A DNA stretch of 64,000 nt. It comes from Chiloscyllium plagiosum (Eukaryota). The stretch is taken from contig NC_057757.1 in the NCBI RefSeq assembly GCF_004010195.1, positions 3,295,851 to 3,359,850 on the forward strand, given 5' to 3'. Below, piece by piece: positions 24,078 through 36,285 of the stretch. Each line of letters starts with the position of its first letter. The stretch's first letter is position 1. A program made the translations under genes and the position numbers. A model generated the notes under the pieces. It searched no databases and was not told the origin of the DNA. It worked only from the letters and a program-made list of their open reading frames with translations.

Positions 24078-24929
24078 GTAGTTAATTAACACACGCAGGG
24101 AGGAATTTGAGGTTATGGGGAATAGGCAGGAAAGTGGAGTTGAAGATTATTGAGCTGAGGGTAGAATAAACTTGATGGGCTGAATGTGCCTCACATCCGC
24201 TCATGTGTCATCTGGCTTTACCCCAGAGAGTGGGGACAACTTGGAAGTTTCTCCTGCAGGGAGTAGAAGGAGGTGAATGACATGAGGATATGGATAAAGT
24301 TTCATGGGGAGAAGGGTGGGTGGGGGGGTAAGGAGTGTTGAAGAGGTAGGGGAAAGGAGACAAAGCATGGGATAGCATGGGCAGGTTGCTCCGAATGGCC
24401 TGCTGATGTGGAATATTTTGGAGCTCCTTTGTAAACAGGTACAGCTCCATCCCGTCCCAGTAGGCACCTCCTTCCTTTGAAATGGGACTGGCAACCATTG
24501 ATGGGGTGGGTGTGGGTTACAGCTAACCCCTGAACGTGCCCAGCTCTCAAAGCCAACAGAGGTGTCTGGAATGGGTAATAACTGGACTGGGACCCTGGCT
24601 GATGCCAACTCTGGGGTTGGGGCATGGGGGGGTGGGCGTGGGGAGAGTCGTGCATGAGTGTCGAATTTTTGACGCATGGCCTAAAACTGGCACTCCAACC
24701 TGATCAGAAGAAACTCTTTCTTGGATGCAAGCTGATGATGTGCCCCTGTACATGAATCACTGTAAGATGTCAAAGAAGATGATGGTATTGTGAGAGACGG
24801 CCTTCATCTTCTCTTAGGCTCTGAGTGAAAAGAAATCTTTGCATTGAAATTCCAAATTGTTGTTTGATTCATTGCCTCTGTGTGAGTGTGTGTGTGTGTA
24901 TTTATGTGAGAGTGAGCATGTGTGTACAT

Positions 24930-25445
24930 AGATTCATAGAATCCCTACAGTGTGGAAGCAGGCCATTTGGCCCATCGAGTCCATACAGACCCACTGAAGA
25001 GCTTTCCACCCACACCCACTCCCCTATAACCCTGCATTTCCTATGGCTAACCTGCACGTTCCTGGACATTATCGGCAATTCAGTACAGCTAATCCACCCT
25101 AACCTACACATCCCTGGACACTGTGGGACAATTTAGCACGGCCAATCCACCCTAATGTACACATCCCTGAAGACTATGGGCATTTAAGCATTGCCAATTC
25201 ACCCTAACTTATACATCCCTGGATACTATGGGGCAATTTAGCATGGCCAATCCATCTCACCTGCACATCCCTGGAAACTATGGGACAATTTAGCAAGGCC
25301 AATCCATCTAACCTGCACATCTTTAGACTGTGGGAAGAAACCCATGTAGACGCAGGGAGAATGTGCAAACTCCACATCTGAAGGTTGAATCAAACCTGGT
25401 TCCCTGGCGCTGTGAGGCAGCAGTGCTAACCACTGAGCTACTGTG
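24930..25445 (-). mobile_element. HE1 SINE with internal tandem units
   Basis: About five CCAATCCACCCTAACCT.CACATCCCTGG units, V-domain, tRNA-like head. Confidence 0.9.
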
Positions 25446-25494
25446 TGTGTTGCATCCCCATCGTTACTCCAATTCATGTTCTCTTGGTAGTCAG

Positions 25495-27600
25495 AGTGCA
25501 TCGGGGAAACTTATAGGGAAAAATAAAGAAATGGCAGGCGAGTTAAACAGAAATTTTACATTGATCTCTGCTGTAGGGGACAACGTGCATTGGTCTGAAC
25601 AGGTTAAGACCTCAGAGTGCCTTAAGCACTCATAAGGTGATGCATGGGCTGGACCGCAGGGGATCTCAAAGGTGTGCAATCAAGCATCTGCCTCTCAAAC
25701 TCTGTAAGGATATCTGTATGATCAATGTCACCCGTAATGAGTTATTAATGTGCAATAAGCATTGACCGCAAGTGACTGCTCTAGTTAGGCTGGGAAGTGG
25801 TTTAACTCCCTCATGCTACACCCAAGCAGGACCTGGAACAAAGACAGAGCATGTTGGAGAAACTTGACAGCATCTGCAGAAGAGGAAAGGCAGTTAACTT
25901 TTCAAGTCTGGCCACTATTTTTGGAACTGTAGTTTCTTCAGCTTACAGGGGATCATGGAATCAATTTTCATCACAAGCTCTAGTGTAGTGAGATGATGTT
26001 TCCTGACAACAATGGCTAGAAATTCTCTGAATTTGCAGAAATACTTATCAATCAAGAAGGGAAGAGATAAACATCTTACGACCAGCATGGAAAGCATTCG
26101 AAGAAAATTATTACAACTAAGAATTGACAAGTGCCTAGTTCCTGATGGATTTTAGCTTTAGCAGCTTAAAGAAGTGGCTGCATAGATACATTGTACACAA
26201 TTTTCCAAGGTTCTGGAAAGGTCCCTACAGATTGGAAAATAGGGATTGTAATTCCTCTAATTCAAGAAAGGAGGAAGACAGAAACTAGGAATGTGAAGAC
26301 ATCAGGAAATTGCTGAATTCTATTGTTGAGGAGGTTGGAGCATTTCACAAGTTGCCTTGCAATCAGGCAGAGTCACCATGGTTTGGTGAAAGCAAAATGG
26401 TCTTCAATTAAACTGTTAGAGTTATTTGAGGAAGCAAAAAGCCACATTAATACAAGAGGAGCATATGGATGATGTATTTGAATCTCAAGAAGGCATTTGA
26501 TAAAGTACCAAAGTCAAAGTTCTCTCATCAGATCTAGAGTTTCTGGTAAAAATAGGAACATCTTAGCAAAGCGAGAGGATTGGTAAGCTAACATGAAACA
26601 TACATTTAGGTATCAATATGTCATTGTCAGGTTTGACAAGCTGTAACCAGCAGAGTGCTACAGAGATCAGTGTGAGGGCTTCAGCTATTTACAATCTATA
26701 TCAATGACTTGTATTCTGGTCGCCTCATTACAGGAAGGATGTGGAGGCTTTGGAGAGGGTGCAGAAGAGAATTACCAGGATGCTGCCTGGATTAGAGGGC
26801 ATGAGCTATAAGGAGAGGCTAGAGAAACTCAGGTTGCTTTCTCTGAAGCAGCAGGGCTGAGGGAACTTGATAGAAATCTGTAAAATTATGAGGTGGATAG
26901 ATAAAGTTGATGGCCAGAATGTTTTTCCCAGAATTTAAATGGCTACTACGAGGGGGCTTGCATTTAAGATGAGAAGGGGAAAGTTCAAAGGAGATGTGAG
27001 GGGCAGGTGTTTTTTGCATAGAGAATGGTAGGAGTCTGGAACATGCTGCTGGGGTAGTGGTGAAGGCAGATACGATAGGGGTGTTTAAGGAGCTTTTAGA
27101 TAAGCACATGACTATACTTGGATATGGATCAAGGACAGACAGAAGAGATTAGTTCAATTTGGCATCATGTTTGATATAACATTGTGGATTGAACTGTTCT
27201 ATGTTCTGTGTTCTATGTGAAGACCAAATGCTGCCAAATTTGCTGATGACACAAAGGTAGGTAGAAAATTAATTTGGAAAGGGGACACAAGGAGTCTCCA
27301 AAGGGATGTAGTGAGGTCAAGTGAGTGAGTAAGAAGGTGGCAGTTGGAATATAAATGAGAAAGATTCTTGAACTCTGAGGTGCAGAGGTATCTGTGTTTG
27401 TTCAGTACATGAATCTCACTAAGTTGTGAAGAAGACTTGAAAGGTCAACCCTCTCTCTCTCTACCTCCCTCCCCCTCACCCCCCCACTCACCCTCCACCT
27501 GATACAATAAGTTAATGAGCAGGTATGCAACTTATTAGGAAGATTATTTATTGCAAAGGGAATGGAATATAAAATTAGGTAATAATTTGCTCCTGCTGGA
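25495..27600 (+). mobile_element. Old degenerate CR1 RT region with a younger CR1 3' end (26712-27217) nested inside
   Basis: GGCATTTGATAAAGTACCA, AAATTTGCTGATGACACAAAG; nested copy ends in TTCTATG-type repeats. Confidence 0.75.
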
Positions 27601-27604
27601 CATA

Positions 27605-27925
27605 GCATTGAACCTCTGTAGTGTGGGAGCAGGCTATTCGGCCCATCAGGTCCATACCAACCTTCCAAACAAAATCCCACCCAATCCTTGAAACCCTACA
27701 TTTCCCATGGCTAACCCACCTGACTAGCATATCCGTGGAGACTATGGGTAATTTAGCATGGCTAATCTACCTCACCTGCTTGTTTTTGGATTGCAGGAGG
27801 AAACGAGAGCACCCAAAGGAAACCCCGAAGGGAGAACGTGGAAGTTTCACACAGTCATCAGAGAGAGGAATTGAACTCGGTCCCTGGTGTTGTGAGGCGG
27901 CAGTGTTAACCATCGCACCACCTAC
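27605..27925 (-). mobile_element. HE1-type SINE, diverged
   Basis: GGAATTGAACTC...TGTGAGGCGGCAGTGTTAACCA. Confidence 0.85.
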
Positions 27926-27969
27926 ATCTGGGGTGCTGTGCATAGTTTGAATTGCCATATTTAAGAAAG

Positions 27970-28535
27970 TACATAGAACATTCCAGCCCAGTACAGACCA
28001 TTTTGCTCTCGATGTCGTGTCAACATGTGGAATCAATCTGAAGTCTATTTGACCTACACTATTCCATTCTCATCCATATGCCTATCCAATGACCATTTAA
28101 ATGCCCTTAAAGTTGGTGAGTCTACTACTTTTTGCAGGCAGTGCTTTCAACGTCCCTACTACTCTCTGAGTAAATAAACTACCTCTGACATCTGTCCTAT
28201 ATCTACCACCCCTCAATTTAAAGCTATGCCCCCCTCATGCTAGCCATCACCATCTAAGGAAAAAGGCTCTCACTGTCCACCCTATCTAACCCTCTGATTA
28301 TCTTATATGTCTCAATTAAGTCACCTCTCAACTTCCTCTCTAATGAAAATTGCCTTAAGTCCCTCAGCCTTTCCTCGTAAGACGGTCCCCCTCCATACAA
28401 GACACTATCCTAGTAAATCTCCTCTGAACCCTTCCCAAAGCTTCCACATCCTTCCTATAATGCGGCAATTGGAACTGTATGAAATACTCCAAGTGTGGCC
28501 GCACTAGAGTTTTATACAGCTGCAGCATGAACTCA
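27970..28535 (-). mobile_element. CR1 3' fragment
   Basis: MLQLYKTLVRPHLEYFIQF...KDVEALGRVQRRFTR. Confidence 0.9.
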
Positions 28536-29019
28536 TAAGAAGTCAAGGTTCATTTGACTGATGTCTCATATGCAGATATGGGGGAAGGGTTAAACATGGT
28601 TGGCTCATTTTCCAATGAAGTTTAGAAGAATGAAATGTGATTGCATTGAAAATTCCTGTCATGTGCCATCAGGACTTTATGCATCCCCTTGTGGGAAGTA
28701 CTAAGGGACACAGTTTTCCATCGAAGACAGAGATGAGGTGATCTTTATCTTTCTCAAAGACGGTTATGAGTCTTTTGGACTCTATGCCCCCAGAGAGCGA
28801 TCGGGTCATCGAACAATTTTAGGGCAGATTCCAAACTAACAGGAGAATCCAATAGGGTAAGCAGGAGAGTGGAGTTGAGGTCAGACTTGAATGAGCCTAT
28901 CGAGTGGCATAGCAGGCTCGAGGGACTGAATGGTCTCCCTTGTTCCTACCTCATCCGCTTCTCACACTGTAAAATGGTCAGGAGTTATTAGACACCCAAA
29001 AGTTTATCTTAGCTTCCAT

Positions 29020-29325
29020 CTTATGTAGGAAAGCCACTGCCTTAGAGTAAAGGGAAGACCCTTTAGAACAGAGATAAGGAAAAATCTCTTCAGCCAGAGA
29101 GTGGTGAATCTGTGGAATTCATTGCCACAGAAGGCTGTGGAGGCCAGGTCAATGAGTGTATTTAAAGCAGAGATCAGTAGGTTCTTGGTTGCCAACGGTA
29201 TCCAAGGTTACAGGGAAAAAGCGGGAAAATAGGATTGAAAAACCTAGCAACTGTGATTGAATGGTGGAGCATACTTGATGGGCCGAATGGCCTAATTTCT
29301 GCTCCTAAGCCTAATGGTCTTATGG
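29020..29325 (+). mobile_element. CR1 3' fragment
   Basis: CCCTTTAGAACAGAGATAAGG...GGGCCGAATGGCCTAATTTCTGCTCC. Confidence 0.85.
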
Positions 29326-29945
29326 ATTTTGACAGATGGAACAATGGGGAGAGTCCCACTGCAATGGGTGTTCCAACAAACCAAGGAAGATGGAGTTACA
29401 TTGATGTAGTGCCTCTAACATCCCAAAGGTGCTTCCCAGGAGTGTCTTTAGGCCAAATAATGTGGCACTGAACAATATAAGGAGATCATTTGGACAAACA
29501 AAGGGTTACTTACTCAAAAAGGGGAGTTTGAACAGTTTGTTTTAATGGACGAGTGGGATGGAGAGTTTGATGGAGAGAATTCCAGGGTTTGGGGCCCAGG
29601 CAGCTGAAGGCATGGCCACATGGAGAAAGGTAAGTATTGAATTCACTGGAGGCCAGGATTGGAGGAGCTTAGAAATCTCATTGGGACACAGGGCTGGAGT
29701 ATAAGGTCAGTGGGAGTCCTGAAAGGACTTGTAATGAAAGAGGCCACTTTTGGAATATTGTGTGCAATTCTGCTCTCCCTCTCATAGGAAGGATGTTATG
29801 AAACTTGAAAAAGTTAAGAAAAGATTTACAAGGATGTTTCCAGGGTGAGAGGGTTTGAGCTGAACAGACTGAGGGTGCTTTCCCTGGAACGTCAGAGACT
29901 GAGGGGGTGACCTCGTAGACTTTTACCAAATCGTGAGGCACATGG

Positions 29946-30170
29946 TTAAAAAAATCACACAATACCAGATTATAGTCCAACAGGTTTAATTGGAAGCACA
30001 CTAGCTTTCAGAGCACTGCTCCTTCATCAGATGATCAGGTTGACTATCACCTGATGAAGGAGCGACACTCCGAACGCTAGTGCTTCCAATTAAACCTGTT
30101 GGACTATAACCTGGTGTTGTGTGATTTTTAACTTTGTACACCCCAGTCCAACACCGGCATCTCCAAATCA
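29946..30170. mobile_element. Palindromic Penelope-derived element with two head-to-head hammerheads (variant B) and TSD
   Basis: Arms ~29946-30035 / 30046-30131; TGAGGCACATGG at 29934-29945 and 30171-30182. Confidence 0.88.
29999..30033 (-). ncRNA. Minimal type I hammerhead ribozyme motif (variant B)
   Basis: rc reads CAT-CTGATGA-A-GGAGC-AGT-GCTCT-GAAAG-CTA-GTG: full core, stems I and II pair with G-U wobbles, AGCT palindromic stem III. Confidence 0.7.
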
Positions 30171-30744
30171 TGAGGCACATGGATAGGATAAATAGACAAG
30201 GTCTTTTCCCTGGGGTGGGGGAGTCCAGAACTAGAGGGCATAGGTTTCAGGTGAGAAGGGAAAGATTTTAAAAGGATCTAAAGGGCAACTTTTTCACACA
30301 GAGAGTGGTGCATGTATGGAATGAGCTGCCAAAGGAAGTGGTGGAGGCTGGTACAGTTACAACATTTAAAAGGCATTTGGGTGGGTACACGAATAGGAAG
30401 GGTTTAGAGGGGTGGGACCAGATTAATTTAGGATATCTGGTCAGTATGGACAAATTGGACCGAAGGTTCTATTTCTGTACTATACAACTCTATAACGCTA
30501 TGCGACTTTGGAGTTTGAAGTGATGGGTACACGGGACTGGTACACACGGTGATGGGTACGCGGGGGAGCCAAGGTAAGACAACTAAGACAGGGATGTGAC
30601 AGAGGGAGAGGACTGTTGGGAGAAATTTGGGACTTCTGCTCAGAGACGGCTGAGAGGAGCTTCAATAAAAGTGTTCAAAATCATAAGCAGGCTGGATAGA
30701 AACGTTAGGGAGAAGATCAAAAAATTTTAAAAATGTAGATTTAA

Positions 30745-31098
30745 CTTTTTTTATTCACTTATGGAATTTGGGCATCACTGGCCAGGTCCAGCATTAATTG
30801 CCCATGCCTAATTGCCCAGAGGGCAGTTAAAAGTCAACCACATTGCTATGGGTCTGGAGTCACGTGTAGTCCAGACCAGGTAAGGATGGCAGTTTCTTTC
30901 CTTAAGGGACATTAGTGAAGCAGATGGGATTTTCCCAACAATGGTCATCATTAAACTCTTAATTCCAGATTTTCTCAAAAAAAATTGAATTCAAATTCCA
31001 CCATCTCCCATAGCAGGATTCAAACCCTGGTCCCCAGGACAGTCATTGGGTGTCTGAGTTAACAGTCTAGCAATAATATCACTAGGTCATCACCTCTC
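30745..31098 (-). mobile_element. Deu-domain (SacSINE1-like) SINE
   Basis: GGGTCTGGAGTCACGTGTAGTCCAGACCAGGTAAGGATGGCAG; B-box-like rc GGATTCAAACC. Confidence 0.85.
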
Positions 31099-31420
31099 TA
31101 AGTGGTATGTGTCCCTATGTCTGAGCCAGGAGCTCTGTCTTCTGGTCCCACCTGCTTCAGAGGTGTGTAATAACATCTCTGAACAGGCTAACCAGAAAAT
31201 AGTCTACAATGTCATCAGAAATGGTAATAATGTCACCGCTCGCAGTTTGCTGTAAAAGTCTACCTGGCTGTCTCATCCCTTCCAGAGGAGGAGATTGCAT
31301 CCTTACCTAACCTGGCCTACACGTGACTGCAGACCCACTGCCAATGGAATTGACTCAAAAATGCTCTGGTTCAAGGGCAACAAGGGATGGGCAACAAATC
31401 TCGCCAGCGATGGCCCCGTG
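31099..31420 (+). mobile_element. Deu-domain SINE with a different head
   Basis: CCTGGCCTACACGTGACTGCAGACCCAC and tail AAGGGCAAC.AGGGATGGGCAACAAAT. Confidence 0.65.
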
Positions 31421-31527
31421 CAAGATTCTATTTTTACAAAACAGTGCAGCCGTGTTGTTCAAGTTTTGCTCAAATTTAATTCCTGCCTTTTTCACTTTTG
31501 GAGCCACCTAGTGAAACTGTCAACAAG

Positions 31528-32045
31528 TCATCGAGTCATACAGCACAGAAACAGACCCTCCGACTCAAGCAGTCCATGCCAACAAAATCCCAAACTAGTC
31601 CCACCTGCCTGTGGTTGGCCCATATCCCTTCAAACATTTCTTATTCATGTACTTATCCAAATGCCTTTTAAATGTTGTCATTGTACCCACATCCATCACA
31701 TCCTCGGGAAGTTGATTCCACACACGAATGTGTAAAAAAAGTTGCCCCCTTGTCTTTTTTAAATCTTTCTCCTCTCACCTTAAACAAATGCCACCCTAGT
31801 GTTGAAATCCATCCCCCCCCCACCCTAAGGAAAAGATACATACCATTCACCTTCTCTATACCCCTCATGATTAAATAAACCTATATAAGGTCACCCCTCA
31901 ACCCTCCAGCAGAAAACTGCCCCAGCCTATCCATCCTTTCCTTATAACCAAAACGTCCATTTGTGACAAGATTTTGGTAAATCCTTTTGGATCCCTCTCC
32001 AGCTGAATAATATCCTTTCAATAACAGGGCAACTAGAACTGGACA
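31528..32045 (-). mobile_element. CR1 3' fragment
   Basis: FKVRGERFKKD; GAGTCATA tail. Confidence 0.88.
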
Positions 32046-32554
32046 TCTTTCAGTGCATACAAATCCACATGGGACTCGGGGGAGCCATTATTTTTAGCTA
32101 TTCCGCCATGGAAGCAGTAGTTAGCATAGGAACAGGATTCACTTTACTGTGTCTTTGGCACTGAGGTAAATTAAACAGCCTGAAATGTATTCCCCGTATT
32201 CAAATAATTGAATACAGCATTAAATGTAGGGATCTGTTGGTCGCCAATGCTCACAAAAAATTAGTGCAGGGACCAACATTTTAAAAGGTGCTGAGAAATT
32301 GTGGTACAGTTGCCCTGAATTTATTTTCAAAGCTACTTCCTCTCCACAACACTCTACACAGATGAAGGATGAGGGAAATCAAAGATTGGGGCCAATTTCA
32401 AGGGAGTTTAATCTCCGATTTCAACAAGAATGAGAAAGACTCCTTTGAGTGCAATCAGGTGTCGAATTATCATAAATTAATTCTACTTTTAATCACTTGA
32501 TGTTGCCCAGTTGCCTTAGGGAGCTGGAGAATAGAGCTCTTTCTCATTGCAGCT

Positions 32555-33200
32555 CAGAAAATAGGAGCAGGCCATTCGGCCCTTCAAGCCTGCTCCACCA
32601 TTCAACAGGATCATGGCTGATCAGCCGACTCAGTTCCACTTTCTCCCAGGATCCTTTAACCTTAAGAACTATATCTAACTCCTTCTCGGAAACATTCAAT
32701 GTTTTGGCCTCAACGACTTTCTGTGGCAGAGAATTCCACAGGCTCCCCATGCTCTGGGTGAAGACATTCCTCCTCATCTCAGTCTTACCTGGTCTCCTTT
32801 TAACTGTGACTCTCTGGTTCTGGACTCTCTGGTCTTCGATAACATCCTTCATGCATTTACCCCAATCTAGCCCTGTTAGAATTTTATCAGTTGCCCCTCT
32901 TCATTCTTCTGAACTCTAGTGAATACAATCCTAACCCGTTCAATCTCTCCTCATGCATCAGTACTACCATCCCAGGATTCAGTCTGGTAATCCACTGTTG
33001 CACTCCATACCTAGCCAGAACATCCTTCCTCAGATAAGGAGACCAAAATTGCACACAATACTCCAGCTGTGGTCTCACTAATACCCTGTACAATTGAAGC
33101 AAGGCATCCCTGCTCCTGTATTCGAGTTCACCCTGCCACGAAGGCGAATGTACCACTTACCTTCTTCACCACCTGCTGCACCTAAAATGCTTGCTTTCAG
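32555..33200 (-). mobile_element. CR1 3' fragment
   Basis: LLQLYRVLVRPQLEYCVQFWSPYLRKD; EMRRNVFTQ..WNSLPQK. Confidence 0.9.
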
Positions 33201-33254
33201 CTTTTCTTTGTGTGATTCACTTCCTCACTGAGCGGTGTCCTCGGGGGAGTGCAC

Positions 33255-34070
33255 TAAACTGGAACTGTCTCCATTAGGGCTGTCTCCACACTGGGACTCC
33301 TCCACACTGAGGACACCACCACACTGGGGCTGCCTCTGCACTGAGGCCGCCTCTGTACTGGGGCCACCTCCACACTGAGGCCGTCTCTGCTCAGGAGCTG
33401 CCTCTGTGCTGGGGCTGTCTCCGCACTGGAGCTATCTCTGCGCTGGGGCCTTCTCGTTGCTGGGGGTGTCTCCTGACAGGGAGTTTCTCTATACTGTAGT
33501 CATCCCCGTGCTGGGGCTGTCTGTTCAGAGGGAGTATCTCAAACCTTGGAGCCATCTCTGCATCAGAGCTGTGTCCATGCTGGGGGGCTTTCTACACATT
33601 GGGGCTATATCCACAATGGGGCTGTCTCCTTTTGGGGCTGTCTCTGCACTGGGGCTGTCTCCACACTAGGTCTGTCTCTGTGTCCGCACTGGGGCTGTCT
33701 CCACACTGGGTCTGTCTCTGCACTGGGGCTGTCTCCACAATGGATCTGCCTCCACACTGGGGCTGTTTCCATGTTGGAGCTGTCTCTGTGCTGTGTCTGT
33801 CTCTGCAGTGGGGCTGTTTCCATGCTGGGGCTGTCTGTGCACTGGGGCTGTCTCTGCACTATGTCTGTCTCTGTGCTGGGGCTGTCTCTGCAATGGGTCT
33901 CTCCCAGTGCTGGGGCTGTCTCCACGCTGGATCTGGCTCTGCACTGGGACTTTCTCCGCATGGGGCTGTCTCTGTTCTGGGACTGTCTCTGCACTGGGGC
34001 TGTCTCCGCACTGGGGCTGTCTCCACACTGGGACTGTCGTCAAGCTGGCACCATCTCCACGCTGAGAACA
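33255..34070. repeat. 17-bp minisatellite (CTGGGGCTGTCTC(C/T)(A/G)CA)n
   Basis: Direct periodicity. Confidence 0.95.
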
Positions 34071-34349
34071 CCTTCCAGATCTCCTCACAGATTCCAACTT
34101 ATCGCAACTACTCCCCATTTGTTCTGTCTGATCACCTCCAAACCCAACCACACACACACACACAGACACACAGACACATACCCCAAGACCCATCCATATC
34201 TGGAGGGGCACTGCAGACACATATAAACTGCAATACAGAAAGCCAGTTGGCCACTATTCCCACTGAAATTGCCCCTCCCTTTATAACCTCCTTTGAGTGT
34301 CCCAGTCTCTGCTGCGCTGTGATGTGGAATGTTTACTCCCCCAACCCAA

Positions 34350-34750
34350 TGATCCACCATTGACGCTCAGTAGCAGCAGTGTGTAACATCTACGAGACGC
34401 ACTGCAGAAATTCACCCAAGATCCTCAGACAGTACCTTCCAAACCCCCGACCCCTTCCATCTAGAAGGACAAGGATAGCAGATACATGAGAACACCATCC
34501 CCTGCAAGTTCCCCTCTGACCCCTTCACCATCCCGACTTGGAAATATATCAGTCGTTCCTTCAGTGTCACTGGAATCCTGGAGCTCCCACCCTAACTGGA
34601 CTGTGCGGGTGTCCCTACACTACACGGGATTGCAGCGGGTCAAGAATGCAGCTCACCCCACCTTCTCAAGGGGGCAATTAGGGACGGGCAATAAATGCTG
34701 GGCCCTGCCAATGACGCCCACATCCCACAAAAATGAATTTCAGAAAAAAA
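34350..34750 (+). mobile_element. CR1/L2-superfamily LINE 3' end
   Basis: Collinear with 14470-14875; tail GGGCAATAAATGCTGG...CCCACATCCCAC and A-run. Confidence 0.85.
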
Positions 34751-35119
34751 AACTCCAATCAGTTCATTTTTGCTGTAACCTCGGCTAGCACTCCCTGTTC
34801 ATTTGAGTTCAGAAACATTAACCCAAACCAGCCATCCAACTTCTTAAAGGGAGTTGGCAGCCAGCCAATGAAATTTCATGCTGCCTTTCCTTGAGGCAAT
34901 CATATCCGTGTCTATTTATAAATGAATCTTACAGACAATATACTTCACTGGCATTCAGTTTATTACTGCAAAGCTGCAGTACCAATAAAGAAATGCCAGA
35001 CACCATCATCAGGCAGATGATGGATACGTTAAACCCACAAGGCAGCACCAAATACTCATTAACATGGGAGAGAGAAATCAAGTTCATGATTTTCCCTTAT
35101 GTCACCCAGGGTGGTATTA

Positions 35120-35620
35120 GATATAGGGTCTCACTGTCACCTTACGCTGTTCCCCCATCAAGCACTCCCAGGACAGGGACAGCACGGAGTTAGATACAGT
35201 GAAAGCTCCTTCTGTACTGCCACTCACAAAACACTCCCAGGACAGGGACAGCACAGGGTTAGATACAGAGTAAAGCTCCCTCTATACTGTCCCCCCATCA
35301 AACACTCCCAGAACAGGGGCAGCACTGGGTTAGATGCAGAGTAAAGTTCTCCGTAAACTGCTCCTCATCGAGCACTCTCAGGTCAGGGACAGCACAGGGT
35401 TAGAAATAGAGTAAGCTCACTCTGCACTGTTCCCATCCAGCCCTCTCAGAACAGGGATAACACAGGGTTAGATACAGAGTAAAGCCCTCTCGACACTGTC
35501 CCCCATCAAACATTCCCCAGGATAGGGACAACACGGGGTTAGATACAGAGTAAAGCTTCCTCTACACTGTTCCCCATCAAACACTCCCAGCACAGGGACA
35601 GCACGGGGTTAGATACAGAA
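35120..35620 (+). repeat. ~70-bp satellite, ~7 units
   Basis: TAGATACAG-like word at 35191, 35260, 35331, 35401, 35469, 35540, 35610. Confidence 0.95.
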
Positions 35621-35989
35621 TCTCCACTCTCCAATCTCATTACATCATCCCAACTCTCCCCAGAGCTGGCTTGTGAAATCTTCAGCTGGATCTTTGCAAT
35701 GTGTTCGACTGGCCATCCAACGAATGGTCACACTCTCTGCTGTTTCACTCTTCGGAAGCAAAATGGGACTGTTGGGCTAGCCCTTTCAAAGACCTTGATG
35801 GGCTGTATGGCCTTTGCGTGATCCAGTGGGACAGCTGTTGGCTGAAAATTATGAGGGAGCTGCAGGCTTTTTTCATAAACACGTCCCGATGAAGCCTGCT
35901 GGGATTCTATGATTCTATGACTCTATTCTATGAAAAAACGAACTGGGGGAAAGAAAAGATCCTCGTCCTCTCCCTTGAGACAGAAATCT

Positions 35990-36285
35990 TAACTAGGTAA
36001 TTTGAGATGGCATTTTTGCAGGAGGTAGGGTGGAAAGAGGTGTAATCCAGGTAGCTGTGGGAGTCGGGTTTGTAAAAAATGTCGGTGTCAAGTCGGTCAT
36101 CATTAATGGAGATGGAGAGGTCCAGGAAGGGGAGGGAGGTTTTTTACCCCCACCCTCCTCTCATTTATCTCTCCACCCTTCAGGCATTCTGCCTGCATTC
36201 CTGATGAAGGGCTTTTGCCCGAAACGTCAATTTTCCTGCTCCTCGGATGCTGCCTGATCTGCTGTGCTTTTCCAGCTCCTCTAAT
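35990..36285. mobile_element. Penelope-like insertion: inverted RT fragment (-) plus hammerhead tail (+)
   Basis: Minus strand SLPFLDLSISINDDRLDTDIFYKPDSHSYLDYTSFHP; CTGATGA-A-GGGC-TTTT-GCCC-GAAAC-GTC at 36201-36228; ACAGAAATCT at 35980 and 36286. Confidence 0.88.

Larger units (their letters stand above)
29740..30505 (+). mobile_element. CR1 3' fragment interrupted by a PLE palindrome
   Basis: VHVWNELPKEVVEAGTVTTFKRHL. Confidence 0.9.

Noticed and set aside
33406..34363. Cys/Trp/Gly-rich ORFs
   Set aside because: They come from a 17-bp minisatellite whose unit is not a multiple of three.
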